Counted from the stretch's first letter, positions 49,266 to 58,559 are shown. The stretch: 64,000 nt of DNA from Candidatus Hydrothermarchaeum profundi (GCA_002011125.2 MTMF02000009.1:224001-288000); one strand, 5' to 3'. Notes: a model not told the origin generated them from the letters alone. Program-made: numbers and translations.

Positions 49266-49991
49266 ATGATGATACTTCACTTTAAAGAGGTAGATTCTAC
49301 AAACGAGGTGGCTAAGAAGTTAGCAGCAATAGGTGCGCCTGAGTGGACTATAGTATCCTCGGACTCACAGACAGAAGGAAAAGGACGCCTAGGCAGAAGA
49401 TGGATTTCACCCCAGGGAGGCCTGTGGATATCCATAGTCCTTAGACCAGATATAGAAGAGTCTAGACTGCCGATAATCCCTATGGTAAGTGGTATATCGG
49501 TTGCAAAAGTATTATGTGATATGTATGGATTACCAGCTAAGTTAAAGTGGCCGAATGATGTGCTCCTAAAAGAGAGAAAAGTATGCGGAATCCTAGCTGA
49601 AGCAGGTGAAAATGTTGAATATGTGGTTGTCGGTATTGGAATAAACGCCAATATAGATATGAACAAATTTCCTGCTCAACTTCGCAACAGTACAACTACT
49701 ATCAGCACAGAACTAAAAAGAGAAGTTGACTTGAATGCATTAAAGATAGGGCTATTAGATCAGTTTAAAGAGGATTATAATAATCTCATAAGACAAGATT
49801 TCTCTATTTTAAAGGAAGAGTGGAGACACCTCTCCTCAACTCTCGGACAGAAGGTTAAAGTGATAACTCCAAAAGAGATCATAGAAGGAAATGCAATCGA
49901 CATTGACGGCGAAGGAGCGCTGCTCATAGAAGTAAGTGGCCGTATCAAAAGGATTTTTTCTGGAGATTGCATTCACTTAAGTAACTTTTAA
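49266..49991 (+). CDS. birA: Biotin-protein ligase (no HTH)
   Basis: DSTN, QTEGKGRLGRRW, KWPND, KVCGIL. Confidence 0.94.
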   Translation: MMILHFKEVDSTNEVAKKLAAIGAPEWTIVSSDSQTEGKGRLGRRWISPQGGLWISIVLRPDIEESRLPIIPMVSGISVAKVLCDMYGLPAKLKWPNDVLLKERKVCGILAEAGENVEYVVVGIGINANIDMNKFPAQLRNSTTTISTELKREVDLNALKIGLLDQFKEDYNNLIRQDFSILKEEWRHLSSTLGQKVKVITPKEIIEGNAIDIDGEGALLIEVSGRIKRIFSGDCIHLSNF

Positions 49992-50018
49992 ATAGAAAAA
50001 CTTAGATTTTGACCTTCC

Positions 50019-50837
50019 ATGGAGATCATAACTTCGTATAGACAAGCTCGTTACAATTTCTATAGATGGAGATACGAATCAGGATTTGTGTATAAATTGG
50101 CATTAGCTTTTATGTTTGCCGGATTGACAGGTATTGGAGCTCAGATAAGGATACCCCTCCCTTTTACCCCAGTGCCAATAACTGGCCAAGTCTTTTTTGT
50201 CCTACTTAGCGGCGTAGTACTTGGAAAATATGGCGGACTAAGTCAAGGAATTTACGCTGGGTTAGGGGGCGCTGGTATACCTTGGTTTAATGGTATGAAG
50301 GGAGGCTGGGGTGTTCTCACAGGCGTTACTGGCGGGTATATTCTAGGATTTATCCTTGCAGCAAGTCTCATAGGATGGTTTGTAGATAACTATACTAGGT
50401 CAAGGACTTTTTCTTTCCAATTATCCCTCATGTTCTTAGGAGTAGCAGTTATATATGGACTGGGATCCTTACAATTCTCGCTTGTGTTAGGTACTGGTTT
50501 CAATGAAACTCTTACAAAAGCTGTTTTACCATTTATTCCTGGAGATATTGCTAAAGCCGTGGGGGTAGTGCTTCTAGCAACTGCTATTCTTCCTAAAGAA
50601 AGCTACAACGGAGAAGTGGATTTTGAGTCTACTTCCCATGATAGGCGCCGCCTCTATATGGCCGGGTTTGTTTTTAGTGGATTACTGACATGTTTCTTTT
50701 TACTTTTGTTCTGGGCTAAAATTGTGAGTTTAGGTCAAGCAAATAATTTAATAGTTTTAAAAAACAGCGCTTGGTTTTCTTTATCAGCATTAATAACAGG
50801 GCTTCTCTCTCTTCATTTTTTAAAACTCCTCAGGTAG
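50019..50837 (+). CDS. bioY: Biotin transporter BioY with C-terminal extension
   Basis: PVPITGQ, TGGYILGF, PFIPGD; adjacent to birA. Confidence 0.9.
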   Translation: MEIITSYRQARYNFYRWRYESGFVYKLALAFMFAGLTGIGAQIRIPLPFTPVPITGQVFFVLLSGVVLGKYGGLSQGIYAGLGGAGIPWFNGMKGGWGVLTGVTGGYILGFILAASLIGWFVDNYTRSRTFSFQLSLMFLGVAVIYGLGSLQFSLVLGTGFNETLTKAVLPFIPGDIAKAVGVVLLATAILPKESYNGEVDFESTSHDRRRLYMAGFVFSGLLTCFFLLLFWAKIVSLGQANNLIVLKNSAWFSLSALITGLLSLHFLKLLR

Positions 50838-50888
50838 ACGCTTAAATAAGAAATATCGCTTGATAAAAAACACTTAAGTAAAATTAGT

Positions 50889-51045
50889 GCGGATTCGGAC
50901 GCAGCCGAAAGGTTTGGCACCGTTTGGTCCGAAGACCTTGGGTGCTTTGCCTTTCAGACAGGTGATACCTCCGGAGAGGCATTCCTGTCGCTCGTAGCGG
51001 TTTATCCGAAGACGAACCGCTGCGAATCACTACACCCGAATCCGC
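50889..51045 (-). ncRNA. Unidentified four-way-junction structured RNA (~157 nt)
   Basis: About 57% GC (90/157) in AT-rich flanks; 16-bp closing helix plus three hairpins, each capped by C(UNCG)G on the minus strand; TATA box 23 nt upstream. Confidence 0.8.
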
Positions 51046-51068
51046 AAATAGTTGTTGAATTTTATTAG

Positions 51069-51078
51069 TATATATTTA
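51069..51078 (-). promoter_or_regulatory. TATA box for the ncRNA
   Basis: Minus strand TAAATATATA ending 23 nt before the first G (51045) of the closing helix. Confidence 0.6.
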
Positions 51079-51135
51079 TTGTTATTTGTAAACCTTTACT
51101 TCCTCTGAAGCATGTGGAAAAAATGGTAAGAGATT

Positions 51136-52218
51136 TTATATCCAGTCCTTAGATTCTAATTTCTGAGGCAAATACACATCTGTCATAAACGTTATTCCAT
51201 GCTTGGCTAGTGCCTGGAGTTCCGCCTTTTCTCCTCTGCTTATCATGAGCTGAAGCTCTTTTCTCCATTTCTTGTTATTTTTTATCCAAGGATACTCCAG
51301 CATTTTCTGGGCTTTTTTCAAATCCCATTCAGTCATCTTCAGACGGGCTGCCTTAGGAACATTAAATTTGTCTAGGTCACTTGGGAGTAGACCCAAAAGC
51401 TTTGCACTAGGTACGGCGAGATATGCGCTTTCAAAACTTAGTGAGATGCTTCCTCTCTTATAACTTGAACATATTTGCATGCCATAGCTATCGCTGTCTG
51501 TTAGAACATAAACGGGGAGCTTTTCCTCTTTATTTAATCTCCTTATAAGCCTCCTAGTAGCAATGTCAGGCTGTCCTTTTCCGGTGATTAAGAGACATTT
51601 ATTTTTTTTATGGAAATCTTCTTCTATTAATCGTATTAGTGCGGCATCTTTTTCCACTACTAAAATGTAATCCGCTCCGCAGTCTATGATTTCTACTTCA
51701 TCTATAAATGGGCTTATTGACCAGCCGCCTCTACCAAGACTGTTACAGTTGAATGTATCGTTTCCTTCTCTTAAGGTGAGATCCCCTATGCATACGCCCT
51801 TAGCCGAGGCAACTACTCTTAGGCAGGGACGGGTGACTCCGAGCGTCACTGCGATATCTTCTATTATATTGTCACTAGTTTTTTGGTCCTTATTGAAGAG
51901 CTCTGGATCTTGGTAATAAATCTCGCGTTTAGTCAGATGTTTTTCTCTTTCAGCGCTTTCATAAAGTATGCTCATTACATAAAGCATTTGAGTAAATGCT
52001 GTCACTGTTCCGGTATTATGGAAGCTCCTCTGAGACATGCTTTCTCCAATATAAATCAAATCCTTTTTTTCATCGTAAATAAAATTGTCCGCCCCTCGGG
52101 TGGGAACATTAAAAGCCGGGTTTTTTCTGCTTCTTATGTCTCTTGCTATTCCTTTTGCTACTCGCTTTAGCTCCCTTACAAGCTCGCGTGCATCCATTTT
52201 TTCTTTTATTTTTTTCAT
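51136..52218 (-). CDS. top6A: DNA topoisomerase VI subunit A
   Basis: REIYY catalytic Tyr, VVEKDA, TGKGQPD, DSDSYG toprim motif, KAELQA. Confidence 0.9.
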   Translation of the reverse strand: MKKIKEKMDARELVRELKRVAKGIARDIRSRKNPAFNVPTRGADNFIYDEKKDLIYIGESMSQRSFHNTGTVTAFTQMLYVMSILYESAEREKHLTKREIYYQDPELFNKDQKTSDNIIEDIAVTLGVTRPCLRVVASAKGVCIGDLTLREGNDTFNCNSLGRGGWSISPFIDEVEIIDCGADYILVVEKDAALIRLIEEDFHKKNKCLLITGKGQPDIATRRLIRRLNKEEKLPVYVLTDSDSYGMQICSSYKRGSISLSFESAYLAVPSAKLLGLLPSDLDKFNVPKAARLKMTEWDLKKAQKMLEYPWIKNNKKWRKELQLMISRGEKAELQALAKHGITFMTDVYLPQKLESKDWI

Positions 52219-52219
52219 T

Positions 52220-54109
52220 TTAACCCCCCGTTAAAGTCGCTTGCACAGCTATTGGCCTTCTCCTGCGGATTTCTTGAACCAGTGGCTTATAGATTCTCTC
52301 TTTCTTCTCACCGGTCATTTTAGATATCGATTCCGATACTATCTCAGCATGCTTTTCTAGGAATTCCCTCGCTTTCCCTGAAAGTCTGTGTTTCTCCATC
52401 ATGCTAACATGTTTCCTAAGCTTTCTACTAGCCGCCTGTAATGCCCTTTTTATTTCCTCAGCTATAACATCATCCGCCCCAATCGCCTGTTTAGCTACTC
52501 CTAGATACTTGAGCTGTGGTGATGTAACATGAACTACGAAGATAACAGGAGCGCTTGGAAGTGATCCTTTTTTTCCTAGCTTATAGAGAGACCAGTCAAT
52601 TTCTCTCGCTGTTTGAGTGATGATATCGCTTCCAAACTCATATATAAGGGGAGTGCAATTAGCAATTCTTATTAATTTATCTTGGTCTCTAAGATCCGGA
52701 GAAATCTCCCCCCCATACATACCGAGAACCTGAACCTGAACTGGTCTTCCACTAGTGCTGGTCGGCTTCCTTTCCACATAAACATGTTTCTCCGGGTTAT
52801 AAATCGAGACAAAGCCTCTTATTAAGGTTTTTTTAGGTATGGGCATAAGAGAATCCATTGGTGGCGAAGGAAAAGACATTGACCTCAGAGTTTCAGCGAC
52901 TAGCCTAACTTTTTTTTCATCGTTTAATATCATGTTTACAGTAGTTTTTTCTGTAAAAATCTGCTTCGGTAAAGGTTGACCATCAAGCTTGAATAACTTC
53001 TTCAGTTCATTATTGTCGAGAGACCTAATGTTATTGCTAAGTTTACCGCTTATGTAGAGTTTCGCTGCATAATCGCGATCAATATCTACGTCCCTAACCA
53101 GAGTTTTTAGATAAGCACTAATCTTTTCAGGACTCTTTTTAAGTTCTTTAACCTTCTCACTTTGAGCTATTCTCTTGACAATGTCTCCTGCAAAGAAATT
53201 CTGTTGATCAAAATATTGAAGTATCGTAGCTCTCTCTATAAGCTCTTTTATTTTCTTATCGCCGATCCGGCAAAAGTTCTTTTTAAGAAATCCTGCTAAA
53301 GAAATACTTCTTATCCTAGACTGATATGCTAGCAGATCCTTTAATTGACCTATGTCTACCGAGTTAGGATGTGGAGGAACGGGAGCAGGTATCGGTATTC
53401 CCTCGCTTGTTCTTTTTTCATATTTAGTTATGTTTCCATTTTCTTTTAAGATAAAAGTTATATAAGGATGGATTGCCGCCATTCTCCTAATAAACTCTAT
53501 AATATTACCCCGAGCTCGGGAGTAATCCCCTAAGAGAGTTAGAGAGACTCTAGTTCCATGCTCTGGAAATTCGCCTTCATAGGGCTCTTCAACTACCTTG
53601 GTTACTTTGCCCTTACCATAGTCGTAAACATGGCGATGGGCTATTTTTTCTGTAAAAGTTTTACTTATAATTTCCATAGGCTTACCGGTGCTTTGGCTTG
53701 CATATATAGCGGCAGCTTTCCATCCTATACCCTGCTGAGACCTACTAGCTTTATATTCGATTGTACCTGTGCCACCTGCTCGAACAATGATTTGAACCTT
53801 ATTTTTCGGTATTCCTATTCCATTGTCCTGAATACTGATTTGCAGTTCTCCCCGAGATTTATCAACTACTGAAACGCTTACCATAATTTCAGCATTATAA
53901 TCGTCATTCCCAGTTGACCTCAATAATACCTCTCTAGCCTTATCAATAGCGTCTGCTGCATTTTGAACCCCCTCAACGACTGTTTGAAACGGTGCCCTAG
54001 CCTTTTGCCCGAAACCTGTATCAACTCTTTTTAAAAGTTCTTCAGCGGATTGAAGCCGGATATGGTTATGGATCTGCTCTTCTGCTTTTTTCCTTGAAAT
54101 TTTTTTCAT
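52220..54109 (-). CDS. top6B: DNA topoisomerase VI subunit B, divergent
   Basis: GHKL motifs EGVQNAADA, DNGIG, SRSQQGIG, HGT; PHP; R.AN.TPL; WSLY; switch Lys in GVAKQAI. Confidence 0.85.
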   Translation of the reverse strand: MKKISRKKAEEQIHNHIRLQSAEELLKRVDTGFGQKARAPFQTVVEGVQNAADAIDKAREVLLRSTGNDDYNAEIMVSVSVVDKSRGELQISIQDNGIGIPKNKVQIIVRAGGTGTIEYKASRSQQGIGWKAAAIYASQSTGKPMEIISKTFTEKIAHRHVYDYGKGKVTKVVEEPYEGEFPEHGTRVSLTLLGDYSRARGNIIEFIRRMAAIHPYITFILKENGNITKYEKRTSEGIPIPAPVPPHPNSVDIGQLKDLLAYQSRIRSISLAGFLKKNFCRIGDKKIKELIERATILQYFDQQNFFAGDIVKRIAQSEKVKELKKSPEKISAYLKTLVRDVDIDRDYAAKLYISGKLSNNIRSLDNNELKKLFKLDGQPLPKQIFTEKTTVNMILNDEKKVRLVAETLRSMSFPSPPMDSLMPIPKKTLIRGFVSIYNPEKHVYVERKPTSTSGRPVQVQVLGMYGGEISPDLRDQDKLIRIANCTPLIYEFGSDIITQTAREIDWSLYKLGKKGSLPSAPVIFVVHVTSPQLKYLGVAKQAIGADDVIAEEIKRALQAASRKLRKHVSMMEKHRLSGKAREFLEKHAEIVSESISKMTGEKKERIYKPLVQEIRRRRPIAVQATLTGG

Positions 54110-54246
54110 TTTTCCTTCCCCTTATATGAGAGATAAAAGTCGATTAAACGATTTACTAGATCGTCGTAGGTTTCTTTTTTCATCCCTATTTCTAGTAACC
54201 TATTTCTGGTTTCCTTGCGCAGTTGTATAGTGGTTATATCTTTCAT
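54106..54246 (-). CDS. 46-aa ribbon-helix-helix (antitoxin-like) DNA-binding protein
   Basis: MKDITTIQLRKETRNRLLEIGMKKETYDDLVNRLIDFYLSYKGKEK; stop overlaps the top6B start (ATGA); TATA 25 nt upstream (leaderless). Confidence 0.8.
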   Translation of the reverse strand: MKDITTIQLRKETRNRLLEIGMKKETYDDLVNRLIDFYLSYKGKEK

Positions 54247-54284
54247 ATAGTTACTATAGATACTCATAGATATATATAGCTTTA
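54247..54284 (-). promoter_or_regulatory. TATA box overlapped by four CTAT repeats at ~10-bp period
   Basis: Plus-strand ATAG at 54247, 54256, 54266 and 54276; TATATATA at 54271-54278. Confidence 0.55.
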
Positions 54285-54322
54285 TATTAGAAGAAATAGT
54301 TTTTCCAAGAGCATGGGAAAAA

Positions 54323-54940
54323 TTATAAGATTCTCTCGTATTTTTCTACCTTTCTAAGAAGCTCGTCTCGCTCTTTTTCAATTCCTTGAATCCGCTCCCT
54401 CAATACGCCTAATTCGACTTCATATTTCGTAAGCTTCTTATTTTTCTCCTCCAGCTCCTCTTTCTTATCCTCAGCATATCTCCTAGTAGTACTAGATTCA
54501 ACTTCAAGCTCTCTCACTCTATCTTTAAGCCTATTAATCTCAGTTTCATATTGCGATAATTTATCTTTCTTCTCCTTTAGCTCCATCACTAATGCTTCAT
54601 TTTTGGCTTTTAGCCCAGCGTTCTCATTAGCCAACTCTGAGAACTTTTCTGTCTTACTCTCTAGTTCTGCCTTCAATTTCTCGATAGTTGCTTTAAGCTC
54701 GCTTATTAGCTGATTCTTTTCCTCTACCAAGGCTTCTTTTTCACTTAATTTAGTCTCGGCTCTAATCATGGCTTCTTGGATTGATGCAATTTCCTTTCTA
54801 AGAGACTCAAGCTCCCTATCTTTCTCTCTTATCTCAGATTCTAGCTTTTCCTTACCTGCCAACTCTATTCTAAGTTTTTCTTCTGATTCTTTAAGTTGGC
54901 GTATCTGGGCCTCAAAAAACTCTTTTTCTTTCGTATGCAT
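54323..54940 (-). CDS. Coiled-coil protein of unknown function
   Basis: Continuous E/K-rich heptad pattern over about 200 aa. Confidence 0.75.
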   Translation of the reverse strand: MHTKEKEFFEAQIRQLKESEEKLRIELAGKEKLESEIREKDRELESLRKEIASIQEAMIRAETKLSEKEALVEEKNQLISELKATIEKLKAELESKTEKFSELANENAGLKAKNEALVMELKEKKDKLSQYETEINRLKDRVRELEVESSTTRRYAEDKKEELEEKNKKLTKYEVELGVLRERIQGIEKERDELLRKVEKYERIL

Positions 54941-55099
54941 TAGAGAAAAAAATTTTAATTACTAATATTTAAATTCATCCTTGGTTCCGGAAAGGGCTGC
55001 CAAGCTTCCTAATTGTTTCATGGTCTTGGTATATCATAATTATAGACATTTTTCCCAAACATGAAAATCTTTTATATTAAAATCACTAAATATCAAGCA

Positions 55100-55426
55100 A
55101 TGGTGCGTTCTCTTACAAATGTTGAAGCGATAATTGTATCCAAAGTAACAAGCATAGGAATGACATCGGAAGAAGATGATACTCAATGGGAAGAAATTGA
55201 GATAACTGTACAGTATCGCAAGGATGGCAAGACTATTAGTGTAGAAAGTCTTTCCTTTCTCGGATTTAAGCAGTTGATAATGGAAGCTGATAGAAAAGAG
55301 ATAGCGGTTAAGTATTTGGAAAAGAGTGAAGAACCGGAAAAAGAGGATCTTAATCTGGATGTAATATCAATGGCAAGGGAACTTATAAAGGTGGAAAGAA
55401 GGCAGATAGACCCTGCTTTTGTATGA
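55100..55426 (+). CDS. Hypothetical protein
   Basis: Acidic, protein-like composition; TTTTATAT box about 25 nt upstream of ATG 55100. Confidence 0.6.
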   Translation: MVRSLTNVEAIIVSKVTSIGMTSEEDDTQWEEIEITVQYRKDGKTISVESLSFLGFKQLIMEADRKEIAVKYLEKSEEPEKEDLNLDVISMARELIKVERRQIDPAFV

Positions 55427-55586
55427 GTTCTATCCTTTTTTAACACTTGGAAACTGAGCATTAAATAAAAAGCTACTTAATATTTTTTAACTAAGCTCCA
55501 AAAGATGAGGGGAAGTTAGTATTGACAGGGAATCATTTATTAAGCACAATACTTACACCTTCCCCTAGATAAGTGGAGGATATAAA

Positions 55587-56705
55587 ATGAGGATAGCGCA
55601 TATCTCAGATCTTCATTTTGGATTTGAATTTCTAAAAAATAAGTTTGAAAACGCAATTAAGCAGATAAACAAGCTTGAACCGGATATTACTGTTATCACA
55701 GGAGATATCGGTTTATGGGGAATCCACCACGAGATTAGAAAGGCATATGAGGCACTTTCAGACTTAGAATCCGATCTATTAATTATCCCCGGTAATCATG
55801 ATGCAAGAAATGATGGAATTAAATATTTCAATCTATATTTTGGAAAGACTAAAAGAACCGTAAAAATAGATGACATTGTTTTAATAGGAGTTGACAGCAC
55901 ATTACCTGATTCCGATGATGGCTATATTGGCCCAGAACAGAGGCAGTGGATTGCGAAAAGTGTCAGGCAAAACTGTATTAATATTATTGCAATGCACCAT
56001 CATGTCGTTCCAGTTCCTCATACCGGTAGAAATATGAACGTTTTAATAGATGCTGCCGAGACCGTTGAAAGCCTTACTCTGCATTGCTATGGAGGAATCG
56101 TTCTCGCTGGACACCGGCATGTACCCTACTCAACAAAGCTTTTGAGGACACATATAATTCATGCAGGTTCACTTAGCTCCTATAAAGTACTCATGCCTGA
56201 TAACAATTATAATATCATTGAGATCTCAGAGGACGGAATATCCTTAAAGCTTAGATTCATAGACATCGGAGAAGTTGAAATAGGCAGATTTAAGCTAAAA
56301 CCCGAGACTCCAGAGTCTCTTCGAAAATATCACAAGCTCACGTCAGTGAAAAAGATTCTCTTTATTTCTAAGAGAAATGCCTGCCGAACAAAGATCGCCG
56401 AGGCTTTATTTAACAAGATTTCTCCAGATAATATGTACGCAATAAGTGCTGGAACTGAACCCGCAAAGGATGTCGATCCCATCGTCTCTAAAGTCTTAAT
56501 AGAAATGGGTTTTTCTGTAAGTACACCAAGAAAACTTAGAAGGGGTATGGAGGAAGTAGACTATGTAATCTCTTTTGATGAGGATGTTGATGCTGATGAA
56601 CTCTGGGACATCAAGGTTCCAGTGGATAAAGAGGATTGTAAGAGAGTCGTGAAGAAAATCGAGAAAATGATTAATGAATTAGTAAGAAAAATTATCCTCT
56701 ACTGA
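55587..56705 (+). CDS. Metallophosphoesterase fused to a degenerate ArsC/LMW-PTP domain
   Basis: SDLH/TGD/GNHD/GHRH, then ILFISKRNACRTKIAE...SAGTEP. Confidence 0.85.
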   Translation: MRIAHISDLHFGFEFLKNKFENAIKQINKLEPDITVITGDIGLWGIHHEIRKAYEALSDLESDLLIIPGNHDARNDGIKYFNLYFGKTKRTVKIDDIVLIGVDSTLPDSDDGYIGPEQRQWIAKSVRQNCINIIAMHHHVVPVPHTGRNMNVLIDAAETVESLTLHCYGGIVLAGHRHVPYSTKLLRTHIIHAGSLSSYKVLMPDNNYNIIEISEDGISLKLRFIDIGEVEIGRFKLKPETPESLRKYHKLTSVKKILFISKRNACRTKIAEALFNKISPDNMYAISAGTEPAKDVDPIVSKVLIEMGFSVSTPRKLRRGMEEVDYVISFDEDVDADELWDIKVPVDKEDCKRVVKKIEKMINELVRKIILY

Positions 56706-56831
56706 ATATATGCCTGCTTGAGTACGAGAGCTACCATTTAGAAAATATTAAAGCTTAAACTAAGACTATTTTTAAAATTAAAGTATATGTGCAGCAGACT
56801 AGGTATACACTCAAGTCTAAACTAGAAACTA

Positions 56832-57239
56832 TTAACTTTCTGCCCTAGCTATCTCTTCTTCCAAATCCTCAAGAGTGAAGGGCTTTACTGGTATTAAAGG
56901 GAGGATTAGAAGATCCTTCTTAACCTTAGGCGTTACCGTCCTACCTATCTTCTCCAACTCAACTATTCTAAGCTTCTCTAAGATCTTAAGGTCTCTCTCT
57001 ACGGCTGTCAGATCCCTTTTTACCATCTCGGCAAGAGAACTAATAGAAGCCGGTCTCTTCTCTTTGATAGTTCTTATAATCTCCAGTCTTTTCTTAGTGA
57101 ATATCTTAGTAACCTCATCCTCTGAAAGGGAGAGAAGAAGAGATTTCTCCGGCAACTCCTTAAGTCTCCTAGGGTCAGCCCAAAGGCGCTCGAAATACCG
57201 CATTATCCCTTCCCATCTTTCATCCGTCATCTTATACAT
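56832..57239 (-). CDS. HTH antitoxin-like DNA-binding protein (HVO_A0114-like)
   Basis: FTKKRLEII...P.SISSLAEMVKRDLTAVERDLKIL. Confidence 0.7.
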   Translation of the reverse strand: MYKMTDERWEGIMRYFERLWADPRRLKELPEKSLLLSLSEDEVTKIFTKKRLEIIRTIKEKRPASISSLAEMVKRDLTAVERDLKILEKLRIVELEKIGRTVTPKVKKDLLILPLIPVKPFTLEDLEEEIARAES

Positions 57240-57243
57240 GCGC

Positions 57244-57594
57244 TCACCTCAAACTCATTCTTTCCTCGTAATATTTCCTATATCTCTCATAATTTTCTTT
57301 CACGGCATTCATGAAGAACTCAAAGGTATGCTGTAAAGAATATCCTTCAAAGGTTGGTAATGATATAGGTTCTGGGCTAATCCAAAACCTCTGCTCATGT
57401 AAGTATTCGTGGCAGGTGTCTATTCTATACACCTGATACCAAACATTGCCAAACTTGCACCTTAAATTTATCACAAATCCGGTGATTTTTCCTTTTTCTG
57501 TAACGATTCTAACATCGATGACATCTTTATCTGTCAATGGAACCTCGAAGTCATGGATAGTCCCCATCAATATATACCTTACATTTTTTGTCAA
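57244..57594 (-). CDS. Putative toxin partner (R.D..H motif, TumE/DUF6516-like)
   Basis: VYRIDTCHEYLH motif; bicistronic with the HTH gene. Confidence 0.55.
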   Translation of the reverse strand: MTKNVRYILMGTIHDFEVPLTDKDVIDVRIVTEKGKITGFVINLRCKFGNVWYQVYRIDTCHEYLHEQRFWISPEPISLPTFEGYSLQHTFEFFMNAVKENYERYRKYYEERMSLR

Positions 57595-57853
57595 CTATTT
57601 CTAAATTAAAAATATTTAAACCTTGCTCATTGTTATGCCCACCAAAGAAACCAGGAAATTTTCTAGTTTAGATCAACAATTTAAATGATGACAAAAATTT
57701 TATTAAATTATAGCTAAACCAGGTTATTTTTAAAAATTTAACATGTAAAGTGGAGTATGGTAAATATCTGCGAAAGTCTGAACTTGAGTGCCAAACTGCA
57801 TGGTTTTTTTAGAGATTAGAGATTGCTTAAATATCATGCCCCTTCTAGTGGTT

Positions 57854-58486
57854 TTATTCTTCAGTCCAATACTCTACCCATCTTTTATAAGGATTATAAT
57901 CCACCTCTCTCCGTTGCCAATTTATTTCAATAACTTTAGTTTCTCCATTTCTAACCAAGCGTGATAATGCATTACTCGAAATTTCTACACCTCTAGGGTT
58001 TGTACCTGGTTTAGGAAGTTTAATATATTCCTCTCTCCCCATTTCCTCAAAGAGTTCTTCTTGAATTCTTAAAGGTATGTAATAAAAACCTCCCGTTGCA
58101 TTCCAGATGATTTGTACAAACAAAATATCACATCGAGGATAATAATTCTCACGAAATTGCCGTGCCATCTCAGCATCCACCGTCCATATGAGTTTCACTC
58201 CACTAAATGAAGTCCCTGTTTTTGTTTTAATGGAAATAGGCTGCCCATATAACATCACATCAATCTCTGGTTCAGTAATAGGCACTTCGGTCTCTACATT
58301 TTTTATACCGAATTTATGAATAAGCAAGGCAACTATTATCTTTTCCCGAAAAGAACCTACCTCCATCCCAATTTTCCCGGCACGGGAACTTTCTAACTCT
58401 GCAAGCTGGAACAAATAAGGTAATCGCCTTCTAATTTTATCTACGAGTCTTTCATCTTGAAATATCTCTACTAAGTGACTAGACAT
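57854..58486 (-). CDS. Type II restriction endonuclease, ThaI-family-like
   Basis: LPYLFQLAELESSRAGKIGMEVG..RE, EPEIDV...ISIK (PD-(D/E)xK-like), GTNPRG; divergent from a DNA methyltransferase. Confidence 0.75.
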   Translation of the reverse strand: MSSHLVEIFQDERLVDKIRRRLPYLFQLAELESSRAGKIGMEVGSFREKIIVALLIHKFGIKNVETEVPITEPEIDVMLYGQPISIKTKTGTSFSGVKLIWTVDAEMARQFRENYYPRCDILFVQIIWNATGGFYYIPLRIQEELFEEMGREEYIKLPKPGTNPRGVEISSNALSRLVRNGETKVIEINWQRREVDYNPYKRWVEYWTEE

Positions 58487-58559
58487 TAAGTGATTGCTTT
58501 CTATGGAGAATTTAAAAAATTACGTAACATTTATATGACTATTAATTAACATTTAACTG

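Noticed and set aside
50889-51045. 5S rRNA, intron-containing tRNA, tRNA-Pyl/Sec, biotin riboswitch or known ribozyme
   Set aside because: No T-loop/D-loop or 5S consensus; it lies downstream of and antisense to bioY; the hammerhead (CUGANGA/GAAA) and hairpin-ribozyme loop consensus sequences are absent.
54323-54940. SMC/Rad50 or a DNA tandem repeat
   Set aside because: No Walker motifs, hinge or zinc hook; the periodicity is only coiled-coil heptads.
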